Assembly (NCBI GenBank): GCA_026986575.1
Contig: JALSOH010000004.1
Coordinates: 160,001-224,000, forward strand
DNA length: 64,000 nucleotides
Reading direction: 5' to 3'
Origin: Thermoproteota archaeon
Lineage (GTDB): Archaea > Korarchaeota > Korarchaeia > Korarchaeales > Korarchaeaceae
In this document: in pieces, positions 28,554 to 38,739 of the stretch
Layout of the letters: every line of letters begins with the position of its first letter
How positions within the stretch are numbered: position 1 is the stretch's first letter
Notes under the pieces: model-generated
What the model saw: the letters and a program-made list of their open reading frames with translations, nothing else
The model's database searches: none
What the model was told of the DNA's origin: nothing
Translations under genes and position numbers: made by a program

Positions 28554-29312
28554 ATGGATGCTGCCCTCGTCTTAGGGACCGCTGGATCCGGTAAGACCAC
28601 CTTCACTGCGAGCTATTCGGAATGGTTAAGGAGGAGGTTCATGCCGCTCCGGAGTTGCACAGCCAACTTGGATCCGGGAGTGCTGAGCCTGCCGTACAAA
28701 CCCGATTACGATGTTAGGGAGCTGATCAGCGTACAAGATATAATGGGGAAGGAGATACTGGGTCCTAACGGCGCTCTGGTGAGGGCTGCGGAGATCATGG
28801 TGGCTAAGATGGGTGAGATAGTCGAATCCCTATGCTCCCTCAGCTGCGACCATTTAGTGATAGACACGCCCGGTCAAATGGAGATCTTCGCCTTCAGGCC
28901 CTTGGGGAGGGTGCTGTGTGAGAGGCTCTCTTCATGCCTAAATCTGGCTGCCGTCTTTTTGGGAGATCACGAGCCGGGAAGGGAGATGGAGGACATCGTC
29001 ACCTCGGCCCTGCTAGCCAAGATACTGGAACTGAAGCTTGGAGTGACTGTGATCCCCCTGCTCAACAAGATGGATATCTGGCGGGGCGAGGGAGTCGAGA
29101 AGGTATGGGAGAGGGTGCTGAGGGGGGAGGTGGATGGGCTCGATGCTGGCGAGGGTACCCTGTCGGACGCATTGCTGGAGCTCGTGAGGGCCGTTTCCTC
29201 TTTTAAATCACCGGTCAGGGTGGTACCCATCTCGGCTAGGGAGGGAATTAACTACCAAGAGGTTTTCGATCTTCTAAGCGAGGTATGGTGCTCTTGCGGA
29301 GATATGACCTGA
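28554..29312 (+). CDS. GPN-loop GTPase
   Basis: GTAGSGKTT, NLDPG, LGPNG, DTPGQME, NKMD. Confidence 0.93.
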   Translation: MDAALVLGTAGSGKTTFTASYSEWLRRRFMPLRSCTANLDPGVLSLPYKPDYDVRELISVQDIMGKEILGPNGALVRAAEIMVAKMGEIVESLCSLSCDHLVIDTPGQMEIFAFRPLGRVLCERLSSCLNLAAVFLGDHEPGREMEDIVTSALLAKILELKLGVTVIPLLNKMDIWRGEGVEKVWERVLRGEVDGLDAGEGTLSDALLELVRAVSSFKSPVRVVPISAREGINYQEVFDLLSEVWCSCGDMT

Positions 29313-29854
29313 TTGGTATCGACCTGGCCGTTAGGAAACCCTCCTCCCTAGCGGGTTACTCAAAGGGGAGCAAGATAGAGATATGGAGGATGACCCCCTG
29401 TGAGCTACTAGAGGAGGGGTTGGAAACCGAGCTCGTCGTTATAGACGCGTCCCTCTCCCTTCCTAAGGAGGGGGCCTTCAGGGACTTCGAAAGGGAGGTG
29501 TTATCGAGGGGATACAAGCTCCTACCCGTAAAGAAGGGGCCGATGAGGGATCTAGCGATCATGGGCTCCCAGCTGAAGCTCAAGTTGGAAAGTAAAGGGG
29601 TTAAGGTGTTGGAGACACATCCATCCTCAGCCCTGAAGGCGATCGGAATGACTAGGTATCATGTGGTCTCCCTCCTGTCGAAGGTGGGCTTCACCCCGAG
29701 CCCGCCTGTGAGTGAAGATGATGAAGATGCCCTTATATGCCTGCTAGTTGGGATGCTCTACCTGAAGGGAGGAGTGGAGATCTTCGAGGGTGAGGAGGGG
29801 TCGATGGTCCTGCCCAAGCTGGGATTGAGGCTCAGGGATTTGGATCTCACTTGA
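29285..29854 (+). CDS. DUF429 RNase H-fold predicted nuclease
   Basis: IGIDLA, IDASLSLP, ETHP, DDEDALIC. Confidence 0.85.
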   Translation: MVLLRRYDLIGIDLAVRKPSSLAGYSKGSKIEIWRMTPCELLEEGLETELVVIDASLSLPKEGAFRDFEREVLSRGYKLLPVKKGPMRDLAIMGSQLKLKLESKGVKVLETHPSSALKAIGMTRYHVVSLLSKVGFTPSPPVSEDDEDALICLLVGMLYLKGGVEIFEGEEGSMVLPKLGLRLRDLDLT

Positions 29855-29900
29855 AGGAACTGAGATCACCTTTTTAGTAGTGATGGGGTAACTGACCCAG

Positions 29901-31337
29901 ATGGCACAGCAAGTGGAGATCGTCAGGAGAGTCCTAAGTAGAGGCTATAACATATCTCCAGAGGCTTTGGCCCTCTTAATGGAGCGGGATATCGGGGAGG
30001 TAGACTCCTTACTAGATTTAATTCCTGATAAACCCGTAATAGAATTGCATGACTTGGAAGAGGCCTTAAGAAGGATGAGGAGGCGCGTGGAGAGGCAATC
30101 CTCTTATGCGACTGGAGAGGTCGTGGAAGGAGTAAGCGTCATTAAGGCTCCCACAAATTTGGGGGTAAAAGGAAGCTCGGAGGAGTTCGTGGAACTCATG
30201 AGGAAAAGGTTTCAGTTCCTGAAGTCTGTTCTCATGAGTAAGAGCGAGATAGATCCCATCCCCATATCTAATCTTCTGAATTCTACGTCTAGAAATGGAG
30301 ATAGAGTGCTCGTGGTTGGGATGGTCTTGGAGAAGCGAGTACTGAGAGACTTCTCCATAAGGATGGAAATAGATGACGAGAGCGGGTCGATCCCCGTCAT
30401 ATTCAAGAAGGGGAGTAGATATTGGGATAAGGCCGACAAGATTCCTGTAGATAGCGTGATAGCTGTCAGGGGAACCTTCATCAATGGAAAACTTTACGCC
30501 GACACTTTCAGGATCCCAGATCTCGATGGCAAGCTGGTGAAGCCGGGCTCGGCATCTGGAAGAGTTGCTCTCGTGAGCGACATCCATATGGGAAGTAAGT
30601 ACTTTAACGAGGAGGCCTTCGAGAGGTTCGTGAGGTGGTTGAACAGCGATCAGGCAAGAGATGTGAAGTATTTGATGATCTGCGGCGACTTAGTCGACGG
30701 TATTGGTGTATATCCTAATCAGGAGGAGGAGTTGAAGATATCAGATGTGTACAAGCAGTTCCAGCTGGCATCAGGGTTCTTGGAGAGGATCCCCAAGGAC
30801 ATCAAGGTAATCTATATACCCGGTAATCACGAGCCGGTCAGGCAGGCGGAGCCTCAACCAGTCGTCCCAGAGGAGTATTTGGATCACCTGTTGGAGGTTA
30901 GACCAGATCTCATAGCCCTTCCCAATCCGGCGATGATAGGTATAGGCGATGTACGTGTCCTGATCTATCACGGACGAAGTTTGAACGCCATCTTCAAGCA
31001 CATACCTGGATTGCAGCCCATAAGGCCCGAGACCGTCGTTGAAGCCATGAGATGGATCCTCAGGCTAAGGCACTTAGCTCCTATCTACGGAGAGCATCCA
31101 ATATCGCCAGAGAGTGAGGACTGGCTTCTAGTGGATCAGATACCCCATGTCCTCCATGTCGGCCATATTCACGTCTACGGAGTAGGGGAGTACAATGGGG
31201 TGAAGATAGTCAATTCTGGGACTTTTGAGAACGAGACTCCATACATAAAGAGTTTGGGGATTGAGGTGACTGTGGGGAAGGCCCCAATACTGGATCTAAA
31301 GAGTATGGAGATTGAGGTGAAGGATTTCTCCTCATAG
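29901..31337 (+). CDS. polB: DNA polymerase D small subunit DP1
   Basis: OB fold, SDIHMGS, GDLVDGIGVYPNQ, PGNHE, YHGRS, GHIH. Confidence 0.95.
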   Translation: MAQQVEIVRRVLSRGYNISPEALALLMERDIGEVDSLLDLIPDKPVIELHDLEEALRRMRRRVERQSSYATGEVVEGVSVIKAPTNLGVKGSSEEFVELMRKRFQFLKSVLMSKSEIDPIPISNLLNSTSRNGDRVLVVGMVLEKRVLRDFSIRMEIDDESGSIPVIFKKGSRYWDKADKIPVDSVIAVRGTFINGKLYADTFRIPDLDGKLVKPGSASGRVALVSDIHMGSKYFNEEAFERFVRWLNSDQARDVKYLMICGDLVDGIGVYPNQEEELKISDVYKQFQLASGFLERIPKDIKVIYIPGNHEPVRQAEPQPVVPEEYLDHLLEVRPDLIALPNPAMIGIGDVRVLIYHGRSLNAIFKHIPGLQPIRPETVVEAMRWILRLRHLAPIYGEHPISPESEDWLLVDQIPHVLHVGHIHVYGVGEYNGVKIVNSGTFENETPYIKSLGIEVTVGKAPILDLKSMEIEVKDFSS

Positions 31338-31340
31338 CCG

Positions 31341-32525
31341 TTACCTTATGCCCATCTGGGCTAAGAGGTTCCTCATCTGCCTGAGGGGGAGGGCCATTTT
31401 CTTCACCACTTTTGTGTTCCCCCTAGCCCCCCCATATTGCATCTCTATCTCGACGAGACCTTGGGACTCCAGCTCCCTCAATATACCCGAGACCCTCCTC
31501 ATAGTCAGCGGCTTCACCCCGTACAAACTAGCCCTCTGTTCGTACGCCCGGTAGATGGTACCAGTTCCAGCCCTGACCACCGGTCGTTCGAGCACATCGG
31601 CGATGGCTGCTAGTATGAGCCTGTGGTGGAGAGGCAGGGTCCTGACAGTTATTGAGACCTCCTCCTCGTTGACCGTATCCACCGCCATGATAGCGTGCTT
31701 CTTCGTCAGTTTCTCAGCCCTCTCGTTCTCCGCTAGCTCAGCAGCCATCCTCAGAATGTCTATAGCCCTCCTAGCATCACCAGACTCTTGGGCTACCCTG
31801 CTAGCTATGTACTGCAAGGCTTCGTCCTCCCAAGTGCCGACCTTGAGCCCCAGATCCGCCCTCTGCCTGAGTATCTGATACAGCTGAGGATGGTTGTAGG
31901 GTGGGAACTGCAACCTGTTTGGTTCGAAGCTGCTCCTCTCCCTAGGATCTAACCTCTCAAGGAAGTCCATTGTGTTGCTGATGACCACCAAGCTTATGCT
32001 CAACTCCTCAGGGAGGTCGTAGTTCAGCCTAGTGAGGGCGTACAGTAGCCTCCCTCCATCCCTCTTAACCAGCAAATCCACCTCGTCGAGGACTATCACC
32101 AGCCTAGAGCTTGAGGTCGTGTAGGCATCGACGAATTTGTCCCAGAGGACATCGAAGGGATAGCCTGACGGTGGAACTAGAACTCCCATGGACCGATTCA
32201 ATTGATAGAGTACCCTGTAGGCCGTGGTGGCTTGGCTGCAGTTCACATATGCGAATTTAGCCCTGAGGTTCGGATACTCATTCCTGTACTTCTTGATCAC
32301 GTGCTTCACTACGGCTGTTTTACCCGTACCAGGCTTCCCAATGAAAGCTACATCGCTTGGGGGTTGATCCACGAGTAGATCGGAGAGTATCCTTGAGAAT
32401 TGGAATATTTGCTCCTCCCTACCGGGCAGGGTATCAGGGATATAAGAGTCCCGAAGGACCCGCTTATCTTTAATTATGGTGTAGGACATGTAAGAAGTAT
32501 CGATAAACGCCTCATCCAATGGCAT
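31341..32525 (-). CDS. cdc6: Orc1/Cdc6 replication initiator
   Basis: YIPDTLPGREEQ, GKPGTGKT, VLDEVD, GDARRAIDIL, C-terminal wHTH. Confidence 0.95.
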   Translation of the reverse strand: MPLDEAFIDTSYMSYTIIKDKRVLRDSYIPDTLPGREEQIFQFSRILSDLLVDQPPSDVAFIGKPGTGKTAVVKHVIKKYRNEYPNLRAKFAYVNCSQATTAYRVLYQLNRSMGVLVPPSGYPFDVLWDKFVDAYTTSSSRLVIVLDEVDLLVKRDGGRLLYALTRLNYDLPEELSISLVVISNTMDFLERLDPRERSSFEPNRLQFPPYNHPQLYQILRQRADLGLKVGTWEDEALQYIASRVAQESGDARRAIDILRMAAELAENERAEKLTKKHAIMAVDTVNEEEVSITVRTLPLHHRLILAAIADVLERPVVRAGTGTIYRAYEQRASLYGVKPLTMRRVSGILRELESQGLVEIEMQYGGARGNTKVVKKMALPLRQMRNLLAQMGIR

Positions 32526-32559
32526 CTAACCACTTCCCCTCCGCCCGGACCTGAATAAG

Positions 32560-32805
32560 TTGTATTGCCTTTGGAGGATTTAAAGTTGGTGCCTTTTTAA
32601 AGAGGAAAGGTTCTAATGATAAGATGATAAGTTCTAAGTAATACAACCTTATTATAATGGAATGCGCATCATTTCCATTCCATCAACTCCGGAGAGAGTC
32701 TCCCCAGTGGTTCAACTCCTTCAACTCCAATGGGCAGGTAACGGATCGGAAATACAGGGATTTCAGCTCCACCACCCTAACATCGGAATGGAAGGAGTTG
32801 AAATT
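32560..32805. other. Candidate replication origin (AT-rich tract plus TTCAACTCC repeats)
   Basis: Upstream of cdc6; five TTCAACTCC-like motifs (32683, 32711, 32720, 32762, inverted 32794) beside AT-rich 32580-32660. Confidence 0.55.
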
Positions 32806-33544
32806 GTGGTGTGAGTGTCCCCACCACCAGCCCTATGGTGATCACAATTATGGCGTAGATTAGGAGGATCCAATCGCCTCTCCCATACTCGTAAACCACG
32901 TAGCTACTCCTCCTCTCTATAGCCCCAAAAGCCTTTGTCTCTAGGGCCTCTGCCAGCTGGTGACCTCTTCTTATCGCTATTATTATCATGGGAATCAGTA
33001 TAGGGATCAACCTCTTTACCTTCTCTAGGAACCCTCCTCTCTCCAACTCGTAACCTCTGCTAACTTGGGATGTGATGATCATTACCACGTCATCCGCCAA
33101 AACAGGTATGAACCTTAGAGCTATCACAAAGGAGAAGGTTATCTGAAGAGGGACCTTGAGCTTAGTCAGGAGATCTCCTATCTCCGCCGGGCTGGTGCCC
33201 GTCATGAATATTGCGGATGCTATTATCATACTTACCAGCCTCAGCACCATTGCGAGGCTGAACTCTAGACTATGGGTAGTGAGGTAGTTTAGCACCACCA
33301 GTACTACGATGAACAGAAGGGACGCCTTGAGGGATCTCTTCACCCTTCTCTCAGATCTTGATAAGATTATTAGTGGTACTTGGGCTATAAGGGAGAATAT
33401 CTGTATTGGGAGCGAGGCGCTGATGAGAGGAAGGGCTATGAAGGAGGCGAAGAGTATGAATTTTGTGGAGGGATTGAGCCTGGAGTATGGTGTCTCCCCC
33501 ACTTGAGTCCTGAAAATCTCCACCATTCCCATGGGATCGAGCAC
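32777..33544 (-). CDS. ecfT: ECF transporter transmembrane component T
   Basis: LNPSTK, IALRFIPVL, SQVSRG, LAEALETKAF. Confidence 0.9.
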   Translation of the reverse strand: MLDPMGMVEIFRTQVGETPYSRLNPSTKFILFASFIALPLISASLPIQIFSLIAQVPLIILSRSERRVKRSLKASLLFIVVLVVLNYLTTHSLEFSLAMVLRLVSMIIASAIFMTGTSPAEIGDLLTKLKVPLQITFSFVIALRFIPVLADDVVMIITSQVSRGYELERGGFLEKVKRLIPILIPMIIIAIRRGHQLAEALETKAFGAIERRSSYVVYEYGRGDWILLIYAIIVITIGLVVGTLTPQFQLLPFRC

Positions 33545-34324
33545 TTAACCCACCTCCAGCAAAGAATCGACTATGTATCTGTAGGGAGGTATGAGGCCGT
33601 TAGTAGCGAGATTCCTTATATCCGAGAAGATCTCTTTAGGATCTCCTCTATTGATTACGACTCCATAGCGGAGCACGAATACCACATCAGGGCCGAGCTC
33701 GTCCAACCACTCCAAGTCGTGGGTGACGATCACGACACCCTTACCCTCCCCCCTCATCCTCTTGAATATCTCCGATAACGACTCCTTTGAAAGACTGTCC
33801 TGTCCTATTGTGGGCTCGTCTACTGCTAGGAACTCCGGCTTCATGGACAAGATACATGCTATCGAGAGTCTCTTCATCTCACCACCGCTTAGTGACCAAG
33901 GACTCCTCTCTCTCAACTCCCAGAGACCTACTTCCTCCAATGCCCACCTAACAGACTCCTTAATTTCTTCTGGATCCATGCCTATTGATTTAGGGCCGAA
34001 AGATACCTCCTCATATACGGTCTCTGAGAAGAACATATGCTCCGGATTCTGAAAGACCAACCCGACCTTCTTGGACAGCTGCGCGACGCTGGCCTCTCTC
34101 GTGTCCACCCCATCCACAAGGACCCTCCCCTTCATCTCCCCCCTGTAGAAGTGCGGTATCAGCCCGTTCAGGAGCCTCAAGAGGGTGGACTTGCCCGAGC
34201 CATTCGGACCAACGACACCGTAGATTTTACCCCTCTCCAGCTCTAGACTGACATCTCTGAGGGCATTCATTCCACTTCCCTCATACTTGAACGTTACCCC
34301 CTCAACTTCGATCAATCCTGACAC
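33545..34324 (-). CDS. ecfA2: ECF transporter ATPase A2
   Basis: GPNGSGKST, VFQNPE, LSGGE, DEPTIGQD. Confidence 0.92.
   Translation of the reverse strand: MSGLIEVEGVTFKYEGSGMNALRDVSLELERGKIYGVVGPNGSGKSTLLRLLNGLIPHFYRGEMKGRVLVDGVDTREASVAQLSKKVGLVFQNPEHMFFSETVYEEVSFGPKSIGMDPEEIKESVRWALEEVGLWELRERSPWSLSGGEMKRLSIACILSMKPEFLAVDEPTIGQDSLSKESLSEIFKRMRGEGKGVVIVTHDLEWLDELGPDVVFVLRYGVVINRGDPKEIFSDIRNLATNGLIPPYRYIVDSLLEVG
34041..34201. repeat. 161-bp near-identical repeat, copy 1 (in ecfA2)
   Basis: Matches 34861-35021 with 2 mismatches. Confidence 0.95.
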
Positions 34325-35144
34325 CCCTCCTCAGAGCTACTATGAGCTCTCCCACTGCGAGCGGCTGGGCTCCCACTACCCCATACTTCCTAGCGAGCTT
34401 GACCACGCTGGGGGGTCTGACCCCATGCAGCGAGATGTCTCCTCTGTAGAGCAACTCCCTAGGATGGCCCTCCCTCACTATCCTCCCATTGGACATCACT
34501 ATCATCCTATTAGCCTTAGGGGCGAACAGGTCGAGCCTGTGCTCAGCAACCACCACAGTCACACCCTCCCTGTTCAAGTTTCCCAACACCTTAGCGATCC
34601 GCGCTGAGCTGAATGGATCCAACTCGCTTGTGGGTTCATCTAGCACGATAACATCGGGCTTCATTGCTAAAACGGAGGCGATGGCCACGAGTTGCTTCTC
34701 CCCACCGCTCAGCTCAGCTGTGCCCCTCTTCCTCAAGTGCTCTATCCCTAACTTCTTGAGGACCTCATTTATCCTCTCAATAATTTCCTCCCTAGGCAAC
34801 CCCAGATTCTCGAGACCGAATGCTATCTCCCTATCCACTCTGAGTGTGACGATCTGATTATCCGGATTCTGAAAGACCAACCCGACCTTCTTGGACAGCT
34901 GCGCGACGCTGGCCTCTCTCGTGTCCACCCCATCCACGAGGACCCTCCCCTTCATCTCCCCCCTGTAGAAGTGCGGTATCAGTCCGTTCAGGAGCCTCAA
35001 GAGGGTGGACTTGCCCGAGCCGCTGAGTCCGGCTATCAGGAGAAACTCACCTCTATCTATCTCCAAGCTGACCTCGGACAGCGCTGGTCTCTTACTGCCC
35101 TCGTAACGGAATGTCACGTTTTCTATTTTCAGCATCGGGGCCAC
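34302..35144 (-). CDS. ecfA1: ECF transporter ATPase A1
   Basis: GLSGSGKST, VFQNPDNQ, LSGGEKQ, DEPTSELD. Confidence 0.92.
   Translation of the reverse strand: MAPMLKIENVTFRYEGSKRPALSEVSLEIDRGEFLLIAGLSGSGKSTLLRLLNGLIPHFYRGEMKGRVLVDGVDTREASVAQLSKKVGLVFQNPDNQIVTLRVDREIAFGLENLGLPREEIIERINEVLKKLGIEHLRKRGTAELSGGEKQLVAIASVLAMKPDVIVLDEPTSELDPFSSARIAKVLGNLNREGVTVVVAEHRLDLFAPKANRMIVMSNGRIVREGHPRELLYRGDISLHGVRPPSVVKLARKYGVVGAQPLAVGELIVALRRGVRIDRS
34861..35021. repeat. 161-bp near-identical repeat, copy 2 (in ecfA1)
   Basis: Matches 34041-34201 with 2 mismatches. Confidence 0.95.
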
Positions 35145-35205
35145 ATGCTCACACTGTCAAAAAAGATTATAATACCTCCCACTGCCATCCAGCTGAGGGA
35201 TCCAA

Positions 35206-35859
35206 ATGCCTAGGAGGAGAGCGCGCAGAAAGGGACCGGCCAAGACGTGGTACCAAGTATATGCTGTGGATGTCTTTCCGAACCAGTGGATCGGCGAGAC
35301 TCCGGCCAGCGACCCCGAGAAGCTCATGGACCGGAATGTGGAGGTGGTGGTGAGGGACGTCACAGGGGACTTCATGCACGAGAAGTACAAACTGTGGTTC
35401 AGGATCTTCAAGGTTGATGGCAACAAGGCCTATGCCCGCTTTGTGAAGGAGATGCTGAATAGGGACTACATGAGATCCATAGTCCAGAGGAGGAGCTCTA
35501 GGATAGACGTACAATCTGAAGGGGTGGCCAAGGATGGTAATGAAGTCCGAATCTTCACCCTCATCGTCACATCGGTGAGGATCAGGAGCAGTCAGAAGAG
35601 TGCCGTAAGGAAGAGGGTCGACGAGTATGTGAGGAGCCTCATCCCAGAGTACACGGTGGAGGAATTGGTCAAGTCGTATATATTCGGTGAGCCGGTGCCC
35701 GTGGTCTCTGAGATCCAGAGGATAGCCTCTAAGGTCGCTCCAATAAAGTACGTGGAGCTCAGGAAGATGGTCATACTGAAACCTGCTGAGGTTCCAGAGA
35801 TACCGGCAGGGGTGGAGCAGGAGGTTGAAAGCAGCACTACTGGCAGCGGGGAAGGGTAA
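35206..35859 (+). CDS. rps3ae: 30S ribosomal protein S3Ae (eS1)
   Basis: KTWYQVYA, IGETPA, RDYMRSIVQRRSSRID, VELRK. Confidence 0.95.
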   Translation: MPRRRARRKGPAKTWYQVYAVDVFPNQWIGETPASDPEKLMDRNVEVVVRDVTGDFMHEKYKLWFRIFKVDGNKAYARFVKEMLNRDYMRSIVQRRSSRIDVQSEGVAKDGNEVRIFTLIVTSVRIRSSQKSAVRKRVDEYVRSLIPEYTVEELVKSYIFGEPVPVVSEIQRIASKVAPIKYVELRKMVILKPAEVPEIPAGVEQEVESSTTGSGEG

Positions 35860-36880
35860 GAGGTTACGACCAGTCACAGAAGCGAGGCCAAAGCCCCTCC
35901 TACCTATAGCTGGTTCCACTCTTTTTGAGTACAACTTCTCCCTGATTTCCGATCTACAGGTATATGCGGTCGTTAGCTACAGGAAGGAACTATTCATTGA
36001 CCTGTCCCAGCGCCTCAATTTCAAGATCGTGGACCAAGGCAAACCCATGGGAACGGGTCACGCGGTGATGAAGCTCAGAGATGAGATAAGGGATGACATC
36101 CTACTCATTTACGCCGACATCTACCTCCCACCTGACTCTGTCGAGAGGATCCTGTCCTACCGCGACAGGTACGACCATGTGGTGGCAGTTACTCCGGTGG
36201 AGAGGCCTTGGGAGTTCGGGGTGGTGGAGCTATCCTCGGGTCTTCTTAGGAGGATAGTGGAGAAGCCTAAAAAGGGTGAAGAGCCCTCGAACCTAATAGT
36301 GGCTGGAGCCTTCTTCCTCTCCCAATCAATCTTCGATCACCTGATGGATGTGACCCTATCGCCTAGGGGAGAGATAGAGTTGACAGACGCCCTTACGCTA
36401 GCTGCTTCGCGAGGGGAAAGGGTTGGAGTAGTCACCATCTCACCTTGGGTGGACGCGGGAAGACCGTCAGACTTCTTGCTAGCCCAGAAGTATCTGATGA
36501 ACGACGTGATCAGTGGCGAAAGGTCACCTCCGGAGGGGTACGTCTTGGAGGGGGACATACTCATATCGAGCACGGGGGTTATTGAGAGCTCGGAGCTGGA
36601 AGGACCTTCGGTGGTGGCGGGGCTGCTGAGAGAATCGACCTTAGGCCCTTACTCATATCTGGAAGCTGATTCTCGCGTCACGAACTCGAAGATCCTCAAC
36701 TCCATAGTAATGAGGGGCTCATCGATCCTCAAATCTGAGGTGGCGGATTCTCTAATCGCAGACGATGGGGTGGTCGAGGGGAGTACCTTGACAAGCTCGG
36801 TTACCGCACCATCTTCTCACATCGTCAATTGCAAGATAGAAGGGGAGAAGGTATGGGAGAGTAGGGCGTGTGTCACCTAG
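35825..36880 (+). CDS. Sugar-phosphate nucleotidyltransferase (GlmU/RmlA-like)
   Basis: LAAGKGKRLRPVT..RPKPLL, VEKP, SPRGEIELTD, left-handed beta-helix tail. Confidence 0.9.
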   Translation: MKAALLAAGKGKRLRPVTEARPKPLLPIAGSTLFEYNFSLISDLQVYAVVSYRKELFIDLSQRLNFKIVDQGKPMGTGHAVMKLRDEIRDDILLIYADIYLPPDSVERILSYRDRYDHVVAVTPVERPWEFGVVELSSGLLRRIVEKPKKGEEPSNLIVAGAFFLSQSIFDHLMDVTLSPRGEIELTDALTLAASRGERVGVVTISPWVDAGRPSDFLLAQKYLMNDVISGERSPPEGYVLEGDILISSTGVIESSELEGPSVVAGLLRESTLGPYSYLEADSRVTNSKILNSIVMRGSSILKSEVADSLIADDGVVEGSTLTSSVTAPSSHIVNCKIEGEKVWESRACVT

Positions 36881-38066
36881 CGGCCACTATCTTCACGACG
36901 TCTCTGTGTCTCAATACGTAGTCTAGAGATATCCTCCTCTTCTCCCTAACATCTATCCCGTAAAGGGCCTTCTTAGCTATCTCACTGTGGATCTTCTCAG
37001 CCAGATCCCTGACCGTACCACCCTTGGGCAGCAGTATGGCATCCGGAAGGACGTTCCCATCTTTATCCGACAGCTTAGTCTCATTCTCAACTGGGAAAAC
37101 GACCTTCATACCGAGCACGTCATAAACAGCGGATTCCAGCGTCTCCTGAACCCCTGTACTCCCGTATCTCTTCAACACCCTCTCCCTAATGGCCTCCAGA
37201 GCCCTCAGCTGAGCTCTAGTGAGTCTGGACTCATCCATCACATCGAAGTCGGGATCTCCTGGCTCGTACCTGATGAGTCCCGCCTTCGCCGCTTTCCTCA
37301 GGATAAGCTCGGCTTCAGCCGACACCGGAATTACGTGCTCCTCCAAAACTTCTCTCATCCTCTTTATATTATCCTCTGCTTCCGATACATCTACCTTGTT
37401 AGCTGCCACTACAAAGGGCTTCCCCCTTCTCAAGATCTCCCTCGAGAATTCGATCAGGTCCTCATCTCTCCAGTCTAGAGGAGATTTCTCCAGCGACAGT
37501 TCCCTCAACACAACCTTGATGATTCCACTATCTATATCCAGTCCCGAGAGGACCTCGTGTAGCGCCGCATCAACCGAGGAGCCAGCCACGACCCTTCCCC
37601 TGATCTTACTTTTGGATCTCTCTATGATAGATGCCACCCAGAGAGCGAACTCCTCTTTTACAATTGTAACATCCTCTATGGGATCGTGACTGGATGGAGG
37701 TACGGGATTGCCCTCTTCATCGGTGGAGCCAGAGGCGTCCACCACGATCACGTTCACGCTGGCCCTCCTCAAATCATCTAGGAACTTGTTTCCGAGTCCC
37801 CTTCCCTTAGACGCACCCTTCACCAACCCAGCAACGTCCAATAGCTTCACCGGAACGTATCTGTACCTACCATTGCACCAACCGTACTTCGGATCGCACT
37901 TCACCCCGAACTCAGTGCACACGGACTTGACCCTCACATACCCCACGCCCTCATTCGGATTTATCGTGACGAAAGGTCGATTTTCCCTCTCTGCCTCCAC
38001 TAGGGTAGCAGCTGAGAAGAAAGTGGTCTTACCGACGTTCGTCTTCCCGACCAAGCCTATTAGCAT
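36873..38066 (-). CDS. ychF: Obg-family YchF-like GTPase/ATPase with TGS domain
   Basis: GKTNVGKTT, PFVTI, DVAGLV, GLGNKFLDDL, ANKVD. Confidence 0.92.
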   Translation of the reverse strand: MLIGLVGKTNVGKTTFFSAATLVEAERENRPFVTINPNEGVGYVRVKSVCTEFGVKCDPKYGWCNGRYRYVPVKLLDVAGLVKGASKGRGLGNKFLDDLRRASVNVIVVDASGSTDEEGNPVPPSSHDPIEDVTIVKEEFALWVASIIERSKSKIRGRVVAGSSVDAALHEVLSGLDIDSGIIKVVLRELSLEKSPLDWRDEDLIEFSREILRRGKPFVVAANKVDVSEAEDNIKRMREVLEEHVIPVSAEAELILRKAAKAGLIRYEPGDPDFDVMDESRLTRAQLRALEAIRERVLKRYGSTGVQETLESAVYDVLGMKVVFPVENETKLSDKDGNVLPDAILLPKGGTVRDLAEKIHSEIAKKALYGIDVREKRRISLDYVLRHRDVVKIVAAR

Positions 38067-38116
38067 CCTGCCTTCTTGAACTATCAAATTTTAAAATCCA
38101 CCAGTGGAGGGCCTGA

Positions 38117-38734
38117 GTGCAGGGTGTAAACTTGGTAGTCGCAGGAAGGTACATGGAGAAACTGGTCTGGAGGAGACGCAAGGAGGATCCGGACTTGGTC
38201 AAGCTCTGGAAGGATAGACTGATACGGTGGAGAAGGGAGCCAGCGATAGTCAGAGTGGAGAGACCCACCAGAATAGATAGGGCAAGGACTCTAGGGTACA
38301 GGGCCAAACAAGGATTCGTAGTGGTGAGAGTCAGGGTCAGGAAAGGTGGTAGAAGGAAGGGAAGGCCGAGATCCGGCAGGAAGCCTGCGGGACTGGGCAT
38401 CCTCAAGCTGACCCCTAGTAAGAGCATAAGGTGGATAGCTGAGGAGAGGGCTGCGAGAAAGTTCCCCAACTTGGAGGTCCTCAACTCTTACTATGTCGCC
38501 GAGGACGGCAAGTACTATTGGTACGAGGTGATAATGGTAGATCCTCATCACCCGGTCATAAAGGCCGATCCTAGGATCAACTGGATACTCAACCCCGCCA
38601 ACAAGAGGAGGGTATTCAGGGGACTCACGAGCGCCGGTAAGAAATCTAGGGGTTTAAGGGCTTCTAGAGGAATACCCGACATAGTCAAGAGGTTCAAGCG
38701 CAAGAGGAGGCTGGCTAAGAGGCCGGGAGCCTGA
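38117..38734 (+). CDS. rpl15e: 50S ribosomal protein L15e
   Basis: [37 protein letters not shown]. Confidence 0.97.
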   Translation: MQGVNLVVAGRYMEKLVWRRRKEDPDLVKLWKDRLIRWRREPAIVRVERPTRIDRARTLGYRAKQGFVVVRVRVRKGGRRKGRPRSGRKPAGLGILKLTPSKSIRWIAEERAARKFPNLEVLNSYYVAEDGKYYWYEVIMVDPHHPVIKADPRINWILNPANKRRVFRGLTSAGKKSRGLRASRGIPDIVKRFKRKRRLAKRPGA

Positions 38735-38739
38735 GCGAT

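Noticed and set aside
32657-32863. 68-aa ORF upstream of cdc6
   Set aside because: No recognisable features; overlaps the ecfT end and the putative origin repeats
35167-35934. Long antisense ORFs (e.g. 35167-35934, 56207-56806, 30066-30587, 36987-37478)
   Set aside because: Shadows of well-supported genes on the opposite strand, arising from codon bias
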